From Candidatus Methylomirabilota bacterium (GTDB taxonomy: Bacteria; Methylomirabilota; Methylomirabilia; Rokubacteriales; CSP1-6), in contig JBKPAK010000244.1 in NCBI GenBank assembly GCA_046726415.1, positions 1 through 21,898 of the forward strand: 21,898 bases of DNA, written 5' to 3'. Position 1 is the stretch's first letter. The number at the start of each line of letters is the position of its first letter. The notes under the pieces are model-generated. The model had not been told where the DNA came from, did no database searches, and worked only from the letters and a program-made list of their open reading frames with translations. Positions 16,964 through 21,898 of this stretch are shown here, in pieces. The position numbers and the translations under genes are program-made.

Positions 16964-17452
16964 ATGGACAGACCGCCGAGCGACGAGCAGGCCATCGAGC
17001 GGTACCGCTACATGCTGCGGACGGCTCCGCCCGAGACCATCGAGCAGGCGCACGCGGAGGCCTTTGCCAGGCTCACCGAGCCGCAGCGGCGCATGGTACT
17101 CCAGGAACTCAGAGAGAGCGCCCCGGAGCGCGACCGGGCGACCGCGGCGACCAGTGATCCGCAGTCCCTCGCGCGGATGGCGACGCGGGCCGAGATCCGT
17201 CAGCCCGGTACGCTCGAGCGCCTCTTCGGCGGGGCGACCGGTGGCGGGTTCGGGAGCATGCTCGCGGGGAGCCTGCTCGGCAGCCTCGTCGGTACCGTCC
17301 TGGGGAGCATGGTGGCGCAGCACTTCTTCACTGAGGCGGCCGCCGCCGGCGAGCCGTTGTCCGGTGGCCAATACCGCGATCAGACCGAGGTCGAGGACGT
17401 CGACTCGGAGGACTTCGATCAGGATGGAGACGACATGGACCTCGAGGTGTAG
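16964..17452 (+). CDS. Hypothetical protein with a helical N-terminus, Gly-rich hydrophobic segment and acidic tail
   Basis: SD GGAGGGGAG; RYRYMLRTAPPETIEQAHAEAF; GSLLGSLVGTVLGS; D/E-rich C-terminus. Confidence 0.85.
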   Translation: MDRPPSDEQAIERYRYMLRTAPPETIEQAHAEAFARLTEPQRRMVLQELRESAPERDRATAATSDPQSLARMATRAEIRQPGTLERLFGGATGGGFGSMLAGSLLGSLVGTVLGSMVAQHFFTEAAAAGEPLSGGQYRDQTEVEDVDSEDFDQDGDDMDLEV

Positions 17453-17470
17453 AACGCGCTCCGAGGGTCG

Positions 17471-18274
17471 TTACCGCAGGCTTGCGTTGTTGGTGGTCAG
17501 GGTGAGACCGGCATCGATGACCAGCGTCTGGCCCGTCACCCAGCGCGCCTCGTCGCTGGCCAGATAGACCGCTCCCCAGGCGACGTCCCAGCCCGTACCT
17601 TCGGTGCCGAGTGGCGAGGCGTGCCGCCGCCGCTCCCGCGCCTCCGGTCCCAGGTCTTGCACCATGGGCGTCCACACGGGGCCGGGCGCGATGGCGTTGA
17701 CGCGAATGCCTTTGGGGCCGAGCTGCACGGCGACGCTCCGGACGAAGCCGATGACCCCGGCCTTAGCGGTGGCGTAGGCCGTGCGCCCGTGGCCGCGCAT
17801 GGCCGCGATGGACGACACGCAGAGGATGGATCCGCGGCCGCGCTCGGTCATGACCCGCGCGGCCGCTTGGGTGGCCAGCAGCATGGATTTCAGGTCCACC
17901 TGGATGACGCGGTCCCACTCCTCCTCGGTCGTCTCCAGCAGGTCCTTGCGCGACTCGATGCCGACATTGTTGTGGAGAATGTCGAGGGCGCCCCAGCGTC
18001 GGATGGCCTCCTGCACCATGTCCGCGCAGTCACCCGCCTTCGTCACGTCAGCCGCGAACGGCTCGGCCGTCCCGCCCTCAGCCCGGATCAGCCCGGCCGT
18101 TTCCTCCGCGCGTTCCTTGATCTGATCGATGCAAAGCACCCGGGCGCCTTCGCGGGCGAAGAGCATGGCCGTGGCCTTGCCGTTGCCGAGTCCGGGACCC
18201 CGGGAGCCGGCCCCGGTGATGACGGCGACCTTGTCAGCGAGGCGACCGCCTCCGCTCGGGCCCTCGATGCTCAT
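17471..18274 (-). CDS. Short-chain dehydrogenase/reductase
   Basis: TGAGSRGPGLGNG, HNNVG, VSS, YATAK, RVNAIAPG, TGQTLVIDAG. Confidence 0.93.
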   Translation of the reverse strand: MSIEGPSGGGRLADKVAVITGAGSRGPGLGNGKATAMLFAREGARVLCIDQIKERAEETAGLIRAEGGTAEPFAADVTKAGDCADMVQEAIRRWGALDILHNNVGIESRKDLLETTEEEWDRVIQVDLKSMLLATQAAARVMTERGRGSILCVSSIAAMRGHGRTAYATAKAGVIGFVRSVAVQLGPKGIRVNAIAPGPVWTPMVQDLGPEARERRRHASPLGTEGTGWDVAWGAVYLASDEARWVTGQTLVIDAGLTLTTNNASLR

Positions 18275-18285
18275 CGAGAGATCAT
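18271..18285 (-). other. Four-codon bridging mini-ORF (MISR*) with ATGA overlaps at both ends
   Basis: GG ATG ATC TCT CGA TGA GC: the ATG overlaps the upstream TGA and the TGA overlaps the SDR ATG. Confidence 0.5.
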
Positions 18286-19352
18286 CCCATCAAAAGCGCA
18301 CCGGGTGTTTCGCGGCCCATGAGCTCGATCTGATCCTTCACAATGCCTTCCGCCATCAGACCGGCCACCAGCATGGCGTAGCCGTCCGGCTGGGACGGGT
18401 TTCCCATCTGTCCGAGGTCGGTTCCGAGGACGAAGTGCTGGGCGCCGACGTCCTTGATGTGCCCGGCAGACTCTTTGTAGGTCACCCGACGCCAGTGTCG
18501 CATCCAGGGCAGGTGGGCGTCGGGACCCATCAGCACGCCCATCGCATCGATCTCCAGCTTGGCCCCCATCGCGGCAGCCCTCTTCATCTGCTCGGTCGTC
18601 ATGTTGACGACGTCGAACTCGGCATGGGTGACGACGATACGATCGCATCCGGCATCGCGCGCGGCCTCGATGATCGCCAAGACCTCGGTGGGAGACGCGT
18701 GCCCGGTGCCGAGCACCAGCTCCTGCTGGGCGCAAATCTTCGCGATCTCCCGCAGGGCGGGGAGCGCCTTGCCGTGGGGACCGACGACCTTGACGCCTTC
18801 CGGAGCATCCTTGAAGTGCTTCACGTGGTGGTCGGCGTCGAAGGTTGGCAGCCACACTACGCGGCCGTACCCGCCCTGCATGCGCCACATCCACTGCACG
18901 GCGTCGGGGTTGAGCCCGCCGGCCGCGCCGTTGAGCGTGATGCCACCGAAGGCCTTGACGCCCGGGTTGTGCTTGCGCGCGAGCCATGCGCGATCGGCGG
19001 TGGTGGCCACGTGATTCTTCAGGACGATGGCCTCCATCTTTCGCGCCATGTAGAGTGGGGCGGACTCGTCGTCGTCCACGGATCGCCCGAAGACATCCGG
19101 GGCGCTGTGATTGTGGAAGTCGATGAGTCCCTCGATCGGGCTCTCGGCCGGCGGAGGAGGCGGGAACGCGGGCACCTGCGCGGCGAGCCGGTCGCCGCGC
19201 CGGCCCACCGTCGCGAGACCCGCCACGCCGGCCACGGCGGCCTTGAGAAAGTCGCGCCGGCCCCGCTCGGCAGGGAGGGCAGCCTCGCCGTGACCCCAGG
19301 CGTGTCCACAGCAATTCATGAAGCGCCAGCGGGGCGGTGGCAATGGCCTCAT
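18282..19352 (-). CDS. DUF6282-like amidohydrolase-fold metalloprotein with a twin-arginine signal
   Basis: RRDFLK followed by a hydrophobic stretch; IDFHNHSAPD (HxH), LKNH, VWLPT, GTGH, VTH, GTDLGQ. Start is ATG 19352 or 19319. The 528-aa ORF in the track wrongly includes pseudogene sequence. Confidence 0.8.
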   Translation of the reverse strand: MRPLPPPRWRFMNCCGHAWGHGEAALPAERGRRDFLKAAVAGVAGLATVGRRGDRLAAQVPAFPPPPPAESPIEGLIDFHNHSAPDVFGRSVDDDESAPLYMARKMEAIVLKNHVATTADRAWLARKHNPGVKAFGGITLNGAAGGLNPDAVQWMWRMQGGYGRVVWLPTFDADHHVKHFKDAPEGVKVVGPHGKALPALREIAKICAQQELVLGTGHASPTEVLAIIEAARDAGCDRIVVTHAEFDVVNMTTEQMKRAAAMGAKLEIDAMGVLMGPDAHLPWMRHWRRVTYKESAGHIKDVGAQHFVLGTDLGQMGNPSQPDGYAMLVAGLMAEGIVKDQIELMGRETPGALLMG

Positions 19353-19418
19353 CGACACTCTTCCCTCTGCGAGGGTGCGCAAGGGCGCCTGGGCCCACCC
19401 ATCGGCCGTGCACCATTG

Positions 19419-19971
19419 CTTGAAGGTCGGGTCGATGCTGACATCGACGAGGTACGGCCCGCGGCTAGTCAGACCGCGCCCGATGGCCGAACCGACATCA
19501 CTCGCCTTGTCGACGCGCTCGCCGGGAACGCCCAGGGCACCCGCCATTCCCACGAAATCGATGCGCGGCCGATCGAGATCCATGCCGACGTACGGGTCGT
19601 CGGCGGCGGAGAATCCCTTGAGGGCGTAGGTGCGCTGCTTCAGGATCCGGTACGTTCCGTTGTTGAAGATCACGTAGAGTACGGCCAGCGACTCCCGCCT
19701 TGTAGGCGTCGTCAAGCATGCCCATCGCGTTGTCGAGTCCGGGCGACACGTGGACGTTGACGGAGCCGAGCCCACCGCTGGCCTGCGCGTAGGCGTCGGC
19801 CATCGAGATGGCCACCGCTTCTTGGAGCGCGAGCACGTAGCGGATGCCTGGCTCACGCGCGAGCCCATCCATGAGCGGCAACTCCGTGGTGCCCGGATTG
19901 CCGAACATCACGGAGACGCCTTCCTGCTGCAGGATCCGGAGGAACGCTTGCTTGCCGGCGAGGTATGCCAT
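19419..19971 (-). pseudogene. ThDP-dependent enzyme (benzoylformate decarboxylase-like), internally deleted and frameshifted
   Basis: The N-terminal 93 codons (FGNPGTTELP, LQEAVAISMADAYAQ, PGLDNAMG) join out of frame at about 19694 to the C-terminal IFNNGTYRILKQ...IDFVGMAGALGV...GPYLVDV. The middle domain and GDG motif are missing. Confidence 0.9.
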
Positions 19972-20093
19972 AGCGCCAGGATCATACACCGAGCGATATC
20001 TCGGGGGTGTCGGGCGCGGAAGCATGGCGCTCACCGCCTCTTCGAGATGGCGGCGGACGCCAGCGGGCTGTGTTCTGGCGTGGTCGGGGCGCC

Positions 20094-20123
20094 TTGATTT
20101 CGCCGGGTGGCGACAGGTACGCT
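20094..20123 (+). promoter_or_regulatory. Putative sigma70 promoter of hemE, possibly leaderless
   Basis: TTGATT-N18-TACGCT-N7-GTG(20131). Confidence 0.5.
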
Positions 20124-20130
20124 CCACGGC

Positions 20131-21177
20131 GTGTGCCCCCACGACGCGCCATTCCTGCAGGCCGCGCGCGGTCGCGCCACGCCGCATACCCCCGTCTGGC
20201 TCATGCGCCAGGCCGGCCGGTACCTGCCGGAGTACCGCGCCGTCCGGGCCCGGCTCGGATTCCTGGAGTTGTGTCGGAGTCCCGACGCCGCGGCCGACGT
20301 CACGCTTCAACCCGTCGAGCGTCTCGGTGTCGATGCCGCCATTGTCTTTGCCGACATCCTGTTGATCGTCGAGCCTCTCGGGGTCGGGCTCGAGTTCGCG
20401 CGAGGCGAAGGGCCGGTCATACACCAGCCGGCCCGCACGGAGGCGGACGTCGCGCGGCTGAAACCCGTCGACGTGGAGAGCGACGTGGGATACGTGTTCG
20501 AGACGGTGCGCCGCGTGCGGCGCGCGTTGCCCGGGCACGTGCCGCTCATCGGGTTCGCCGGGGCGCCGTTCACCGTGGCCTCGTATCTCGTCGAGGGAGG
20601 ACCGTCGCGCGCCTACCTGCACACCAAGCGGTTGATGCACGAGGAGCCCCAGGCGTGGCATCGGCTCCTCGACATTCTCGTCGACGCCACCGCGCGGTAC
20701 CTGAACGGCCAGTTGGCTGCGGGGGCCCAGGCCGTCCAGATTTTCGACTCATGGGTGGGCGTACTCGCGCCCGAGGATTACCGCGCGTTCGTGCTGCCGC
20801 ACAGCCGCGCCCTCATTCGGGCCCTGACGCCGGGCGCTCCGGTGATCCACTTCGGGACGGGCACGGCGGGACTGCTCCCTCTGATGCGCGAGGCGGGCGG
20901 CGACGTCATCGGGCTGGACTGGCGAGTCGATCTCGACGCAGGCTGGCGCGCCGTGGGCCACGACGTGGCCGTGCAGGGCAACCTCGACCCCGCCGTTCTG
21001 CTGGCTCGGCCGCCGGTGATTCGAGATCGGGTCAAGGAGATTCTCGATCGGGCGGCGGCGCGACCGGGGCACATCTTCAACCTCGGTCACGGCATCCTTC
21101 CCCAGACGCCCGTGGATCACGTGAAGGCGCTCGTCGATATGGTGCACGACATGTCGGACCGGAGAGGTCACCCGTGA
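20131..21177 (+). CDS. hemE: Uroporphyrinogen decarboxylase
   Basis: PVWLMRQAGRYLPEYR, DAAIVFADIL, LIGFAGAPFT, QIFDSW, QGNLDP, IFNLGHGI. Alternative start GTG 20107. Confidence 0.97.
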   Translation: MCPHDAPFLQAARGRATPHTPVWLMRQAGRYLPEYRAVRARLGFLELCRSPDAAADVTLQPVERLGVDAAIVFADILLIVEPLGVGLEFARGEGPVIHQPARTEADVARLKPVDVESDVGYVFETVRRVRRALPGHVPLIGFAGAPFTVASYLVEGGPSRAYLHTKRLMHEEPQAWHRLLDILVDATARYLNGQLAAGAQAVQIFDSWVGVLAPEDYRAFVLPHSRALIRALTPGAPVIHFGTGTAGLLPLMREAGGDVIGLDWRVDLDAGWRAVGHDVAVQGNLDPAVLLARPPVIRDRVKEILDRAAARPGHIFNLGHGILPQTPVDHVKALVDMVHDMSDRRGHP

Positions 21178-21898
21178 TCGACTCGGTGCTGCTCATCGCC
21201 TTCGGCGGTCCCACCGCGCCGCACGAGATCCGACCTTTCTTGGGGCTCGTGGCGCGTGGACGGCGCATCCCTGCCGCGCGCCTGGAGGAGGTGGCGCATC
21301 ACTACGAGCTGATGCCGGCCGGCTGTTCGCCCATCAACGCGCTGACGCGCACCCAGGCCACGGCCCTCGAAAACTTGCTGCGCGCGGAGGACATCGCCCT
21401 CCCGGTCTTCGTGGGGCAGCGCAATTGGCATCCGTTCCTTCATGAGACGCTGGCCGAGATGACCGCCCTGGGACATCGCCGAACCCTCGGCATCATCCTG
21501 TCGCCGCTGCGCACGGAGGCGTCCTGGGATCGCTACATGGATGACGTGGCCGCGGCGCGGGAGCGGACGCCGGGCGCCCCCGAGATCGTCTTTGCCCCAG
21601 GGTGGGGCCGGCATCGCATGTTCGTCAGCGCCGTGAGCGATCGCGCGGCGGCGGCCCTGCGGGAAGTTCCCGAAGACGATCGCCCCTGGACGCTCATGAT
21701 CTTCACGGCCCACAGCGTCCCGGTAGCCATGGCCGAGCGTTCACCGTACGTCGCCGACTTCGAGCAGGCCGCTCACGCCGTCGTCGAGCAACTCGAGCAT
21801 TCGCGCTTCACCCTCGCCTATCAGAGCCGGAGTGGCCACTCGGCCGAGCCCTGGCTCGCCCCGGACGTCCTCGACGTGGTGCGCAGCCTGGCCGCCGA
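21174..21898 (+). CDS. hemH: Ferrochelatase; partial, runs off the window edge
   Basis: Not in the ORF track. Hand translation gives MIDSVLLIAFGGP...IRPFL...RLEEVAHHY...SPIN...RNWHPF...FTAHSVP...AYQSRSG...PWLAPD. GTGA overlap with hemE. Confidence 0.95.
   Translation, partial: MIDSVLLIAFGGPTAPHEIRPFLGLVARGRRIPAARLEEVAHHYELMPAGCSPINALTRTQATALENLLRAEDIALPVFVGQRNWHPFLHETLAEMTALGHRRTLGIILSPLRTEASWDRYMDDVAAARERTPGAPEIVFAPGWGRHRMFVSAVSDRAAAALREVPEDDRPWTLMIFTAHSVPVAMAERSPYVADFEQAAHAVVEQLEHSRFTLAYQSRSGHSAEPWLAPDVLDVVRSLAA

Noticed and set aside
18282-19868. Novel ThDP-domain/DUF6282 fusion protein (528 aa)
   Set aside because: Better explained by a pseudogene remnant that lost its stop. The internal Tat signal and SD mark the true start.
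19972-20093. Short hairpins in the divergent region before hemE as a riboswitch
   Set aside because: Stems of 5-8 bp are expected by chance at this GC content, and no known aptamer motif is recognisable.

Overview
High-GC bacterial chromosomal window of mostly metabolic genes. Gene content loosely suggests a Rokubacteria/Methylomirabilota-like or Actinobacteria-like organism, but this is a guess. In order: a partial geranylgeranyl-reductase (GGR)-like gene; a decayed sterol-desaturase-like remnant; a small secreted protein; a minus-strand catabolic operon (SDR, alpha/beta hydrolase, luciferase-like monooxygenase, lone CoxL-like molybdoenzyme large subunit); a second GGR-family oxidoreductase and a CBS protein; an acyltransferase, membrane-tailed creatininase-family protein and crotonase operon; a citrate/methylcitrate synthase, aconitase, PrpF and unknown-protein operon; an acidic hypothetical protein; an SDR and a Tat-signal DUF6282-like metallohydrolase; an internally deleted ThDP-enzyme pseudogene; hemE-hemH. 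No rRNA, tRNA, CRISPR array or transposase was seen. The most unusual signal is at operon junctions. Four intergenic gaps are exactly filled by mini-ORFs (five in total) that start inside the upstream stop codon and stop on the downstream start codon through NTGA overlaps. Two of these gaps are built from triplicated junction sequence, a MIRU-like translational-coupling relay. A separate 3x31 bp tandem repeat copies the 3' end of the CBS gene.
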